Positions 1 to 9,733 of a DNA stretch of 63,486 nucleotides are shown piece by piece (within the stretch, counting starts at the first letter, position 1; each line of letters opens with the position of its first letter). The stretch lies in IMG/VR virus record IMGVR_UViG_3300032283_000137, positions 1-63,486 of that record; one strand, 5' to 3'. This DNA is from a virus. Its lineage: Duplodnaviria; Caudoviricetes. The position numbers and the translations under genes are program-made. A model generated the notes under the pieces. The model worked only from the letters and a program-made list of their open reading frames with translations. It was not told the DNA's origin and searched no databases.

Positions 1-123
1 CATTGCAGTCACGCTTAGCGGTGTTGTTGCTTCGGGCGCAGTTGGTACGGTTTCTAGAGATGCAACAAGCGTCGCGCTTACGGGGGTTTCCGCTTCTGGC
101 CAAACCGGTTCAACTTTCCGTGG
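1..123. repeat. Terminal direct repeat, left copy (assembly overlap indicating a circular/complete genome)
   Basis: Bases 1-123 (cattgcagtc...ttccgtgg) are identical to 63364-63486. Confidence 0.95.
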
Positions 124-598
124 CGCAATCGCTACAGGAGTTTCCGCTTCTGGTACAGTTGGCACAGTCTCTAGAGGCGCGACAAGCCTTGCCCTCTCGG
201 GGGTTTCCGCTTCTGGTGTAATAGGGTCAGTTTTCCGTGGCGCAAACGCTACGGGGGTTGTAAGTTCTGGCGCAGTGGGAAGTGTTGTTGAAACCACCGC
301 AGTCTCTCTTTTGGGGGTTTCTGCTTCAGGTGAAGTTGGCACGGTCTCTAGAGGCGCATCAAGCGTCGCTATTACTGGCGTATCTGCTTCCGGCACGATT
401 GATACAGTTGCGAACGCCGAGTCGTATGATCTTGGGGAGGTCTCCGCTTCCGGTTCAGTTGGAACGGTAGGAATAGGGCCAAGAAGCTTTGCCCTGACAG
501 GGAATTATGCAGCGGGCGATGTGGGGGTTGTTGTCGCCGTTTATTGGAAACTGATTGATGACATGCAAGATGCAAATTGGTCTGAAATAGTAACTTGA
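1..598 (+). CDS. 3' part of a repetitive Gly/Ser/Ala/Val-rich virion/tail protein that spans the junction (starts at 62474)
   Basis: Frame 2 is open from base 2 (IAVTLSGVVASGAVGTVSR...) to the stop at 598 and is in frame with ATG 62474 after removing the 123-bp overlap; about 495 aa in total; ends YWKLIDDMQDANWSEIVT. Confidence 0.8.
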   Translation, partial: IAVTLSGVVASGAVGTVSRDATSVALTGVSASGQTGSTFRGAIATGVSASGTVGTVSRGATSLALSGVSASGVIGSVFRGANATGVVSSGAVGSVVETTAVSLLGVSASGEVGTVSRGASSVAITGVSASGTIDTVANAESYDLGEVSASGSVGTVGIGPRSFALTGNYAAGDVGVVVAVYWKLIDDMQDANWSEIVT

Positions 599-606
599 GG
601 TAAATT

Positions 607-2313
607 ATGGCAACAGCAGCAACATCACTTTTGGGCCTAGCCCTCCCTGTAACGGGCGAACTGTCTGGCTCGTGGGGAACCACGGTTAACGATGCCATCA
701 CCTCGTTGCTGGATACCGCTGTAGCGGGTACGACTACCCTTAGCTCCGATGCAGATGTAACTCTCACAACCACAACCTTAGCGTCCAACCAAGCGCGTCA
801 AGCAGTTATTTTGTGGACGGCGGGGGGCACAGTAACTCGTAACATCACAGCCCCGGCGCAGTCTAAGGTCTACGTTGTTATCAATGCGAGCTCCAGCACC
901 CAGAGCATCGTACTGCGCGGAGTTGGCCCCACCACTGGTGTAACTATTGCCCAAGGGGAGAAAGCAGTTTGCGCTTGGAACGGCACGGACTTCATCAAGG
1001 TGTCCAACATCTCCGGTGCTGGCGTGTTTTCCTCCATCACCAACACCGGCTTGACTTCGGGCCGTGTGGTGTTCTCCACTACCAACGGGCTTGAGACCGA
1101 CTCCGCTAACCTGACCTTCAACGGAACAATTCTGACCGCTGCTGGCTTTGCTGGCCCGCTGAACGGCACTGTCGGTGCAACTACAGCCAACACAGGTGCG
1201 TTCTCTACGTTGTCTGCCACGGGCGTTGCAACTTTCTCCGCTGGCACAGCGGCACTCCCTGCCATCACGACTACAGGCGACACCAACACCGGAATCTTCT
1301 TCCCTGCCGCCGATACCATTGCTTTTTCTGAGGGCGGTGCGGAGGCTATGCGTATCGACTCCAGCGGCAACGTGGGGATTGGAAACACTGCCGCCAACGT
1401 CAACGACCAAGTTGGGGCTGTTCGTCCCTTGCTTGTTTCAAAGTCGGATGCGGTAACTACCATTGCTGGCAGCCAAGCCTCGATTGTCATTGGCAACAGC
1501 AACACCACAACAAGTAACACCTCGCAGCTTTCATTCGCAGCGCTTACTGGCGCAAATTCCAATTTCTATACTTCTGCTGCAATTAACTGTATTTTTGGCG
1601 CAAGAACGAACGGGCAATACCCCACAGGACAGTTAGCATTCTCTACGTCAACGTCATTGAATTCTGCGCCAACAGAAAAGATGCGTATTACGTCTGCTGG
1701 AGACGTGGGGATTGGTACTGTTACGCCAGCATACAAGTTGGATGTTGCAGGAAGCGTAAACGTCTCTTCTGACTCTAGCTACACATTTGGCGCAGGGGCA
1801 GATAGGTTTATTAAATACCGCTCTAGCAATAACGATATTTTGTTTTCCTTTGATTCGGGGGATTTTTACCAGCAAAACATAGCAAGTTCATACCATGCTT
1901 GGTTTACTGGAAACAACGAACGGGTGCGTATTTCCGCCGCAGGCGGTTTATCGGTAGGCACAACGTCCGACCCCGGCGCTGGTGCAATATACGCAACAGG
2001 CAACATCACTGCGTACTTCTCCGATGATCGACTGAAGACCAAACTAGGCAACATCCAAGACGCACTGAGCAAGGTCAAAGCACTGAGCGGCTTCTACTAC
2101 GAGGCCAACCAAACAGCACAAGACCTTGGCTACAAGCCTGTCCGGGAAGCCGGTGTATCTGCCCAGCAAGTCCAAGCGGTAATGCCTGAAGTGGTCAAGC
2201 CAGCCCCAATTGACGCGCAGTACCTGACCGTTGACTACGAGCGCCTAGTCCCATTGCTTATTGAGGCCATCAAAGAGTTGGACGCCAAGATTGAAGGTTT
2301 GGTGAAGGCGTAA
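607..2313 (+). CDS. Tail fibre with C-terminal intramolecular chaperone (peptidase S74-like) domain
   Basis: Three E-x-[MV]RI-x-S/A-xG-xV/L-GIGT-type fibre repeats; autocleavage motif AYFSDDRLK; VDYERLVPLLIEAIKEL coiled coil; gagg RBS. Confidence 0.85.
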   Translation: MATAATSLLGLALPVTGELSGSWGTTVNDAITSLLDTAVAGTTTLSSDADVTLTTTTLASNQARQAVILWTAGGTVTRNITAPAQSKVYVVINASSSTQSIVLRGVGPTTGVTIAQGEKAVCAWNGTDFIKVSNISGAGVFSSITNTGLTSGRVVFSTTNGLETDSANLTFNGTILTAAGFAGPLNGTVGATTANTGAFSTLSATGVATFSAGTAALPAITTTGDTNTGIFFPAADTIAFSEGGAEAMRIDSSGNVGIGNTAANVNDQVGAVRPLLVSKSDAVTTIAGSQASIVIGNSNTTTSNTSQLSFAALTGANSNFYTSAAINCIFGARTNGQYPTGQLAFSTSTSLNSAPTEKMRITSAGDVGIGTVTPAYKLDVAGSVNVSSDSSYTFGAGADRFIKYRSSNNDILFSFDSGDFYQQNIASSYHAWFTGNNERVRISAAGGLSVGTTSDPGAGAIYATGNITAYFSDDRLKTKLGNIQDALSKVKALSGFYYEANQTAQDLGYKPVREAGVSAQQVQAVMPEVVKPAPIDAQYLTVDYERLVPLLIEAIKELDAKIEGLVKA

Positions 2314-2314
2314 C

Positions 2315-3268
2315 ATGGCGCTCAATTCCTCTGGCCCAATTAGCCTAGCGGGTACGACCGCAGGGGTTTCTATTCAGATTGAGAATGGCGGCAACGGCAC
2401 AACGCAGATTAGTCTGAACGACGCGGCAGTCAGGACATTGGCTGGCGTACCAAGCGGCGCGATTACGATGCCGACCAACTTCTACGGGAAGTCAAACCGC
2501 GTAGCTATCGCTATTACAATCGGTTCAAACACGCAAAACTACGTACTGAATACGGCTAAAGCTGCCGGGTACTCGGCGGGTAAATCTGATGTAACGCTTA
2601 CCATCAATGGTGGTGTGTTTGTTGGCTCCAGCGGCACAGGCGGTATTGGCCTTGATGTAGATACATCATGGAACGCTGCTGATACTGTGACCATCATCAA
2701 CAACGGTTCTATTGTAGGCGCTGGTGGCGGCGGCGGACAAGGCGGCAGCAATCTCGCCGGTTCCCCTGCCCAAACAGCCGGTGGTAGCGGCGGCGCAGCA
2801 CTTAGAGTTCAACGAGCAACAAGTATCACCAATAACGGCACTGTCGGTGGCGGTGGCGGCGGTGGTGGCGGTGGCGGTTATGGCGACACTGGAGGTAAAG
2901 ATTCTGTACGCCCCGGTGGCGGTGGTGGTGGGGGCGGCCGAGGCTACTCCGGTGGCGGCGGCGGTGGCGGCGGAACTAGCGTTGGCATCGGCGATGCTTC
3001 TGCTGGTGGTTCTGGCAGCACTTCTGGCGGCGGTGGTGGCGGAGATAGTGGTCGCCCCGCTGGGCCTCCCGGATTCTATGCCGATTATGGCAATGGCGGC
3101 GCAGGTGGCTCTTATGGCGCTAGTGGCGCAGCAGGCCAAACCGGGGTACCCGGTGGTAGCCCACAAGGCGGAGCAGGTGGCGGTTCCGGAGGTAATGCTA
3201 CAACTTCAGGTTCTAACGCGAACATAACATGGACAGTAACTGGAACACGTCTAGGCACTCTGGGGTAA
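2315..3268 (+). CDS. Glycine-rich receptor-binding adhesin (T-even gp38-like motifs)
   Basis: TIINNGSIVGAGGGGG and ITNNGTVGGGGGGGG poly-Gly motifs; directly follows the tail fibre. Confidence 0.7.
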   Translation: MALNSSGPISLAGTTAGVSIQIENGGNGTTQISLNDAAVRTLAGVPSGAITMPTNFYGKSNRVAIAITIGSNTQNYVLNTAKAAGYSAGKSDVTLTINGGVFVGSSGTGGIGLDVDTSWNAADTVTIINNGSIVGAGGGGGQGGSNLAGSPAQTAGGSGGAALRVQRATSITNNGTVGGGGGGGGGGGYGDTGGKDSVRPGGGGGGGGRGYSGGGGGGGGTSVGIGDASAGGSGSTSGGGGGGDSGRPAGPPGFYADYGNGGAGGSYGASGAAGQTGVPGGSPQGGAGGGSGGNATTSGSNANITWTVTGTRLGTLG

Positions 3269-3270
3269 AC

Positions 3271-3819
3271 ATGCAAACTACAAATATCAGTATCCTTGAC
3301 GACCTCGTAAATAGAGGTTTACGTGCCGCAATTTTTGCGTATATTATGGCAAGCAAATTCCGTATTGGGTGGGCTGATTCTAGCTATGGCCCAAAATCTG
3401 CTTACAAGTATCTGCATTCTGCGTACACTAAAGAAGAACTTATGGCATCCGGGCTAGGAGACATAATTTTCTCAGCGCCAGAAATTGCCCCGTTCATAGA
3501 GGGTAAGGAAATGGTCAAGTGTATGGTGAATCTAACACAGGCAGGAGATGTGCAATTTACTCACACACATCCAATAGGCGAGTTAGTTGTTTTGTACTAT
3601 GCTAACTTAGATTGGCTCCCAGAGTGGTGGGGAGAAACCATGTTCTATAACGACAACGGCTCCGCCATAATTCATGCCGCTAGATACACACCCGGACGGT
3701 TTATTGTTTTTGATGGCACTATCCCCCACGCTATTCGTCCACAATCAACTATTGGACCACAATACAGGTTTACAGTTACCACTATTTTTACTGACGTAGT
3801 TTCAAAGGATGCATCATGA
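3271..3819 (+). CDS. 2OG-Fe(II) oxygenase (prolyl-hydroxylase-like)
   Basis: HTH...LYYANLDW.PEWWGETMFY...YTPGRFIVFDGTIPHAIRP...RFT pattern; start moved to ATG 3271 just after the upstream stop. Confidence 0.8.
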   Translation: MQTTNISILDDLVNRGLRAAIFAYIMASKFRIGWADSSYGPKSAYKYLHSAYTKEELMASGLGDIIFSAPEIAPFIEGKEMVKCMVNLTQAGDVQFTHTHPIGELVVLYYANLDWLPEWWGETMFYNDNGSAIIHAARYTPGRFIVFDGTIPHAIRPQSTIGPQYRFTVTTIFTDVVSKDAS

Positions 3820-4400
3820 ATATTCCATACACATACAAAGTACTAAGCAGCGACGTACCAGCAAAATGCATGGTCGTTGAATATTCCGCAGCAGGTTACC
3901 CTACGCTGCAAGTGGGTTTGCCTTTACCCGTCACAGGCGTTGATGTTAAGACCATCATAGAAATGTATGCACCGACTGCGCAGTGGTATGACTCCACGCT
4001 GGTGTACCAAGACGTAGCTGTGGGATTAGAGGGTTCTGTGCCGCACGTTGAAACATCGCTGGCTACAGTGAAATCGACCAAACTTGCGCAATTAGCTGAC
4101 TGGAGATACAAATTGGAAGTTGGCGGTGTTACTGTTGAAGGTATCATGGTAAGCACAAGCCGCCAATCACAAGCGCAACTAACTTCTATTTACAACAACC
4201 TAAAAGATGGGTTGATTTCTTCGGTTGAATGGAAACAAATAGGTGGTTCTTTTGTAACACTGGATACAGCGCAGATGGCAAAAGTAGTAGCTGCGGTTGC
4301 TTTGCACGTCCAAGCAAGTTTCTCCGCAGAAAAAACCTACTCGGAACAAATCAAAGCATGCACGACTATTGCTGAAGTTGACGCCATCACCCTGCCATGA
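3816..4400 (+). CDS. Tail-fibre-associated protein (DUF4376-like)
   Basis: WRYKLEVGGVTV...STSRQSQAQL...VEWK...FVTLD...HVQASFSAE...IAEVDAI. Confidence 0.65.
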   Translation: MNIPYTYKVLSSDVPAKCMVVEYSAAGYPTLQVGLPLPVTGVDVKTIIEMYAPTAQWYDSTLVYQDVAVGLEGSVPHVETSLATVKSTKLAQLADWRYKLEVGGVTVEGIMVSTSRQSQAQLTSIYNNLKDGLISSVEWKQIGGSFVTLDTAQMAKVVAAVALHVQASFSAEKTYSEQIKACTTIAEVDAITLP

Positions 4401-5377
4401 CACACATAAGCCTTAGCAGATTTGATGCCCCCTCCGCTTACTTGTGGGCGGATGCTGCGCAAAGCATGGGCATGCGGCTTTCTGTCGTTCCGTCTAAGTA
4501 CGTACTTCCATTGACTGGTGCGGGGTCGTTGGAAATTTCTGCGCGGGAAGGGGTCAACTACCTCAGTACCGATGCACTCAATACGGTGTCGGACCGGCAA
4601 GCCCTCGCCGCGCTTGGCGTTGATGTGCTTCCAACAGTAACACCACGCAACGTCTCCGAACTTTTAGCCGTTGGCACGGGGGCCATATTTTTGAAGCCGA
4701 CAAACACAGCGCTGAGAAAAAGTAAAGACGCACTTGCGTATACAAAGTGGGACTCTCCCCAGCACTTGCTGACGGCTGTAGACGATGCCTTTTGGGTAAA
4801 ACAAGCAGACGCGGCAACGTCTTTTTGCGTGCAGCCTTTAGTCCCATACCCAATCACAGAAATAGTGGTTGCTGTCGCGGTTAACGAAGCGTCGGAAGCA
4901 CTTTTGTACTACGCCGACCTAGGCATATCTGGGGTTGTTGACCGCCGTAAACTACTACACAAGTTGGAAAACATACCGCAGTACATCCCGGACGAGGTAC
5001 AAAAAGTTTGCACTGCGCTTAATATAAAAGGTGGCCTCCACGAGGCTCAATTTGTCCAGTACTACGGTAAGTTCTACTTGAACGACTGGAATGCCCGACC
5101 CGGCGCAGGCGTGAATATAGGTGTACCAAAGGAGCAGAAAGTGCGTCAGTCCGCGTTGGCACACATGGTTGGCGCAGCGGTCCCAGAAGTGCCTCCTTTC
5201 TACGGAGAGCAGCGCGGGTATTGGGGCCAAAACGTCCCTGCCAACATGGCGGATGCAGCGCGCGCAATGGGTATGGTCCCCCGTATTGATGATGGGTTTT
5301 TAAGCCGCGTCTATTGCGAGGGGCCTGACGTTGAAACTGTACATGCACAACTCAACCTTTTTGAAACCAAACTGTAA
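4397..5377 (+). CDS. ATP-grasp-fold protein (divergent)
   Basis: IFLKP, CVQPLV and GGLHEAQFVQYYGKFYLNDWNARPG resemble the ATP-grasp K, Q/E and (E/D)xNxR motifs. Confidence 0.6.
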   Translation: MTHISLSRFDAPSAYLWADAAQSMGMRLSVVPSKYVLPLTGAGSLEISAREGVNYLSTDALNTVSDRQALAALGVDVLPTVTPRNVSELLAVGTGAIFLKPTNTALRKSKDALAYTKWDSPQHLLTAVDDAFWVKQADAATSFCVQPLVPYPITEIVVAVAVNEASEALLYYADLGISGVVDRRKLLHKLENIPQYIPDEVQKVCTALNIKGGLHEAQFVQYYGKFYLNDWNARPGAGVNIGVPKEQKVRQSALAHMVGAAVPEVPPFYGEQRGYWGQNVPANMADAARAMGMVPRIDDGFLSRVYCEGPDVETVHAQLNLFETKL

Positions 5378-5380
5378 ACC

Positions 5381-6313
5381 ATGAAAAAACTTGTAGCCGC
5401 TTTTTTTGTTTTTGTCAGCGCCGTTTGTTTTGCTGAACTCCCCCCTCTGACCATAATTACCACCAACGCCGCAGGTTCCCAGATTGATACCGTAGTGCGG
5501 TATCTAGCGCCCGCAATAGAAAAAGAACTCCAACGTAGCGTTGTTGTGATGAACATGCCCGGCGCTGACGGGCTTATTGCCATGCAGAAATTTTCGTCTA
5601 TGCCCGCCGACGGGAATACGCTCTTAGGTGGTGGCCCATCCATTTCGTTTGCTACCGTTGCAGACCGCGACTACAAACCGCAAGACCACTTCAAACCGCT
5701 TATGGGCCTTGTGCAATCTGAGTACCTTCTGCTTGTCCCCCGCAACTCTAAAATCACCAACATAAAAAGCCTGATTACTGTGGCTAAAGAAAAAGGGGGG
5801 ATTATGGGCGGCAGTTCTGGCGCAGCGTCAACGCTAAGTTTTGCGCTTATCCAAGAGCAGCTTGGAATAAATATTACCCCCGTCGAGTACAAACAAAACG
5901 CCCAAATTGCGCTTGATTTAGCGGCGGGCGACCGCACAGATATTGCTATTGCCGGTGCTGGAAACGCAGCTATCCGCAGTTTTGTCTCTTCTGGGGAATT
6001 ACGTCCTATTGCTGTTATAGGGCACTCGCCGAACACTTACTTCAAAGACGTAAAAACAATTACTCAGCAAGGGTATAAATCGGTGGAAGACTTTGGTTGG
6101 TCTGGATTGTTTGTCCAAAACGGTGTCCCAGAAAGCGTCAAAAACAAACTGTTTGCGGGTATTACCGCAGCCATGAAATCAGCGCATGGCGTTAACTTTG
6201 AAAAACTGCAAGGCGAGCCTCGATTATTTTTTGCCACGGGGGCAGAAATTACTGAGCTACAAAAACGCGAAGCTGCTGTGTACAAAGCAAAAGCGTCGCA
6301 GATAGTACGGTAA
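5381..6313 (+). CDS. Bug/TctC-family tripartite tricarboxylate transporter substrate-binding protein, secreted
   Basis: Signal peptide MKKLVAAFFVFVSAVCFA; AAGSQIDTVVR...VVVMNMPGADGLIA...PADGNTLL; GELRPIAV; WSGLF. Confidence 0.85.
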   Translation: MKKLVAAFFVFVSAVCFAELPPLTIITTNAAGSQIDTVVRYLAPAIEKELQRSVVVMNMPGADGLIAMQKFSSMPADGNTLLGGGPSISFATVADRDYKPQDHFKPLMGLVQSEYLLLVPRNSKITNIKSLITVAKEKGGIMGGSSGAASTLSFALIQEQLGINITPVEYKQNAQIALDLAAGDRTDIAIAGAGNAAIRSFVSSGELRPIAVIGHSPNTYFKDVKTITQQGYKSVEDFGWSGLFVQNGVPESVKNKLFAGITAAMKSAHGVNFEKLQGEPRLFFATGAEITELQKREAAVYKAKASQIVR

Positions 6314-6336
6314 CTATGTAACAAAGGAGTCCCACA

Positions 6337-6849
6337 ATGATCCCAATCATCGGTGCATTGCTAGGCACACTAGCTGAAAATGGTCTGGGGCTGCTGTCTA
6401 GCGCCATCCAAGCCAAGGGCAAAGAGGTAGTCGAGAACACGTTGGGCATCAAGATACCTGACAACCCCACTCCCGAAGACGTTGCCACGCTGCGGCAGCT
6501 TCAGTATGAGCATGAAGAGCGCCTGATTGAGCTAGGCATCGAGAAGGCCAAGCTGGAGTTGGCCGAGATGGAGTTGTACGCAAAAGCGGCACAGGCTGAC
6601 GCCAACAACATCACAGACCGCTGGAAAGCGGATATGTCTAGCGACTCATGGCTGTCAAAGAACATCCGGCCCATGAGTTTGATTGCCATCTTCGTCATGT
6701 ACTCCGTGTTTGCCATGATGTCAGCCTTTGGCTACAACGCCAACGAGTCCTACGTGACTTTGCTGGGCAATTGGGGCCAGCTGATCATGGGCGCATATTT
6801 CGGTGGCCGCACAATCGAGAAGCTGGCCGAAATGAGGAGTAAGAAATGA
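6337..6849 (+). CDS. Holin (3TM, GTA-release type)
   Basis: RWKADMSSDSWLSKNIRP, hydrophobic segments, AYFGGRTIEK; aaggag RBS. Confidence 0.7.
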   Translation: MIPIIGALLGTLAENGLGLLSSAIQAKGKEVVENTLGIKIPDNPTPEDVATLRQLQYEHEERLIELGIEKAKLELAEMELYAKAAQADANNITDRWKADMSSDSWLSKNIRPMSLIAIFVMYSVFAMMSAFGYNANESYVTLLGNWGQLIMGAYFGGRTIEKLAEMRSKK

Positions 6850-7076
6850 AAGCCAAGCTGACGTTTTTCGTGACCCTAATGGTCAGCTTTACGCTGTGCG
6901 TTGTCATCATTGGCATGGTCGCGGTACTTATGGCGGGTCTGTTTGACCCAATCGTGGACAACGGCGAAATCTTCAAGCTCATCAGCCCTGCTTTCCAGAC
7001 CATTGTCGGCGGCTTCATCGGCCTTTTGGCTGGCGTGAAACTGTCCCACGGCGAGAAAGAAGAGGAGCCAAAATGA
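6846..7076 (+). CDS. Small two-TM membrane protein, lysis region
   Basis: Two hydrophobic helices; ATGA overlap with neighbours. Confidence 0.65.
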   Translation: MKAKLTFFVTLMVSFTLCVVIIGMVAVLMAGLFDPIVDNGEIFKLISPAFQTIVGGFIGLLAGVKLSHGEKEEEPK

Positions 7077-7273
7077 GCATCTTCATCCCTGTCTTGTACA
7101 TCTGCATGAATGGGCACTGTGAGTTCCTTCAGCAACTTGCGCATTACACCGACAGGCAGCAGTGCATGGCAACTGTGCAAGCAAAAAAACAAGAATTTAT
7201 CAAGATGGGCGCAATGGTAGACGCAACGTGCATTGACCTAGTTGTTCAAAAAAGGGGTTTGTATGAGTCTTAG
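7073..7273 (+). CDS. Small Cys-containing hypothetical protein
   Basis: ATGA-coupled ORF with 4 Cys. Confidence 0.6.
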   Translation: MSIFIPVLYICMNGHCEFLQQLAHYTDRQQCMATVQAKKQEFIKMGAMVDATCIDLVVQKRGLYES

Positions 7274-7601
7274 TCGAGAACAAGCAGCTTTCCTACTGGA
7301 TTTCTGCAAGCTGGTGCAGTACGCCACTGACCAAGGTTTTATGGTTACCGGCGGGGAACTTGCCCGTACGCCTGAACAGCAAGCCATTTACTTTAAGACG
7401 GGCCGGTCTAAGACCATGAACAGCATTCATCTAAAACGCTGCGCTGCTGACCTCAACTTCTTCCGTGATGGCAAAATCATCTGGGATAAAGCCACCATTG
7501 CGCCGTTGGGCGCATACTGGGAAAGCCTGCACCCCAAAAACCGCTGGGGCGGGAACTTTAAGAGCTTGGTAGACTGCCCACACTTTGAACGAAATGTGTA
7601 A
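7263..7601 (+). CDS. Endolysin, peptidase M15 family
   Basis: RTPEQQ, SIH...AADL, WGGNF...DCPHFE Zn-peptidase motifs. Confidence 0.85.
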   Translation: MSLSREQAAFLLDFCKLVQYATDQGFMVTGGELARTPEQQAIYFKTGRSKTMNSIHLKRCAADLNFFRDGKIIWDKATIAPLGAYWESLHPKNRWGGNFKSLVDCPHFERNV

Positions 7602-7610
7602 GCCCTTGCC

Positions 7611-9731
7611 ATGCCACTACAAAAAGTCGCCCTCAAGCCCGGTGTAAACAGGGAGAACACCCGCTACACCAACGAAGGGGGCTATTACGAGTCCGACAAG
7701 GTTCGGTTTCGCCAAGGCACGCCCGAAAAAATTGGTGGGTGGCAGCGCATTTCGGCTAACACCTTTCTTGGAATTTGCCGCTCATTATGGAACTGGGTGA
7801 CCCTGACGGGCGCTAACCTACTAGGCGTTGGCACAAGCAAAAAGTTCTATATTGAAGCTACGGGTGTCTACTACGACATTACGCCAATTGCCACGACCGT
7901 TACGCTTGGCGCAAACCCCTTTGCTACCGTAAACACCACCACGGCAGTCACTGTGACTGACATTGGTTTTAGCCCCCAAGTAGGCGACTTTGTAATTTTT
8001 TCGGGTGTTGCCACATTCAATGGTGTGACCATAAGTGGTGAATATGAAGTACAGACCGTACCAACTGGTACAACCTATACCATTACCTCGGCTACAACAG
8101 CTACAGGCACGGGTCCGGGCGGAGGCTCAGTGGCCTTTGCGTCCTACCTTTTGCATCTTGGTCCTGCTACAAACGTGTTTTTTGGTGGGTGGGGTTCTAA
8201 CGCTTGGAGTTTCAGTAATTGGGGCGGGGTTGATTACGCTAGTACGGCTGTCCTAGCTATTTGGTCGCAATGGAACTTTGGGCAAGACTTAGTGTTTGGC
8301 CCTAAACAGGGCAAGTTGTACTATTGGAATGCCACTACAGCAGTGTCATTGGGAACCCCAACAACGGTGACCATTTCTAACGCTACTCCGGCAATAGTGA
8401 CCCTGACAGCTAATACTACTACCCCACTTGTAAGCGGTATGGCGATCATGTTCCAGACAACTGGGGCACTACCCCTTCCGCTCGTTCCTTACACGGTGTA
8501 CTACGTCACCCAAGTCACTTCTACCACGTACAAACTCTCTACTACGTACGCTAACTACTTGGCGGGCACGTTTATCAACACAAGCACCGCAGGCTCCGGC
8601 ACACACAGTTTTTGCCCACGGGGAATTGCAGTTGCGGATTTGCCAGCGGCTTCTAGCGTACCGCTTCAGCAGAACATCATCTTGGTGTCCGATACCAGCC
8701 GGTTCACTATGTGTTTCGGGGCTAACCCATACGGTAGTACAACCTATGACCCCATGACAATCCGGTGGTCTGACCAAGAAAGCGTGGTGGAGTGGGCCCC
8801 TGCAATTACCAACCAAGCTGGCGAGATTCGACTGTCTCATGGCTCTTCCATCGTATCGGTGTTGCAAAGCCGCCAAGAGATTCTGGTGTGGACTGACGCT
8901 GCGGTGTACTCATTGCAGTACCTTGGCCCACCTTATGTGTGGGGTAACCAACTCCTGTCAGACAACATCTCTATTGCCAGCATGAACGCCGCCGCTTACG
9001 GTAGTGGTGTGGCCTATTGGATGGGTCAGGACAAGTTCTACAAATACGACGGGCGTGTCCAAACTCTACGCTGCGACCTGCGCCAGTACATCTTTAGTGA
9101 CATTAACCGCGCACAGTTTGAGCAAGTGTTCTCTGGTACGAACGAAGGTTTCAACGAGGTCTGGTGGTTCTACTGCTCACAAGACAGTACGGCTGTTAAT
9201 AGGTACGTCATCTACAACTACCTAGAAGATACTTGGTACTATGGTTCTATGGATCGCTCTGCGTGGCTGGATACGGCTCTAAGAAACTATCCAGTAGCTG
9301 CCACCTACGTAAACAACCTCGTCTATCACGAAAATGGCGTTGATGACAACGCGACCGGAACGCCTGTTGCTATTGAAGCCTCCATTACCTCCGCGCAGTT
9401 TGATATTGGGGATGGGCACAACTTTGCGTTTGTGTACAGAATGCTACCCGACATAACATTCCGTGGGTCTACAGGCAACACGATCCCTGCGGTGACCATG
9501 TACCTACAGGGTCTAAACAACTCGGGTTCTGGCATCACGCAGACCGGCAACGCTGGGGTGACCTACACAGGCTCGGCTCCGTCAGTCATCAACGTAGATG
9601 AGTTCACAGGACAACTTTACATCCGTATCCGTGGTCGCCAGATGCAGATGAAGATTACTTCCAACACGCTTGGTACGCAGTGGCAGCTTGGCGCTCCTCG
9701 TATTGACATCCGTCCTGACGGTAGAAGGTAG
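7611..9731 (+). CDS. Tail nozzle / DNA-stabilisation protein (P22 gp10 / T7 gp12-like)
   Basis: 706 aa beta-rich; IRWSDQE, EILVWTD, YWMG, RIRGRQ; lies just before the ejection proteins. Confidence 0.65.
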   Translation: MPLQKVALKPGVNRENTRYTNEGGYYESDKVRFRQGTPEKIGGWQRISANTFLGICRSLWNWVTLTGANLLGVGTSKKFYIEATGVYYDITPIATTVTLGANPFATVNTTTAVTVTDIGFSPQVGDFVIFSGVATFNGVTISGEYEVQTVPTGTTYTITSATTATGTGPGGGSVAFASYLLHLGPATNVFFGGWGSNAWSFSNWGGVDYASTAVLAIWSQWNFGQDLVFGPKQGKLYYWNATTAVSLGTPTTVTISNATPAIVTLTANTTTPLVSGMAIMFQTTGALPLPLVPYTVYYVTQVTSTTYKLSTTYANYLAGTFINTSTAGSGTHSFCPRGIAVADLPAASSVPLQQNIILVSDTSRFTMCFGANPYGSTTYDPMTIRWSDQESVVEWAPAITNQAGEIRLSHGSSIVSVLQSRQEILVWTDAAVYSLQYLGPPYVWGNQLLSDNISIASMNAAAYGSGVAYWMGQDKFYKYDGRVQTLRCDLRQYIFSDINRAQFEQVFSGTNEGFNEVWWFYCSQDSTAVNRYVIYNYLEDTWYYGSMDRSAWLDTALRNYPVAATYVNNLVYHENGVDDNATGTPVAIEASITSAQFDIGDGHNFAFVYRMLPDITFRGSTGNTIPAVTMYLQGLNNSGSGITQTGNAGVTYTGSAPSVINVDEFTGQLYIRIRGRQMQMKITSNTLGTQWQLGAPRIDIRPDGRR

Positions 9732-9733
9732 GT

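Noticed and set aside
1-123. Biological direct terminal repeat
   Set aside because: It falls mid-gene inside a repetitive ORF, so it is better explained as an assembler overlap of a circular contig.
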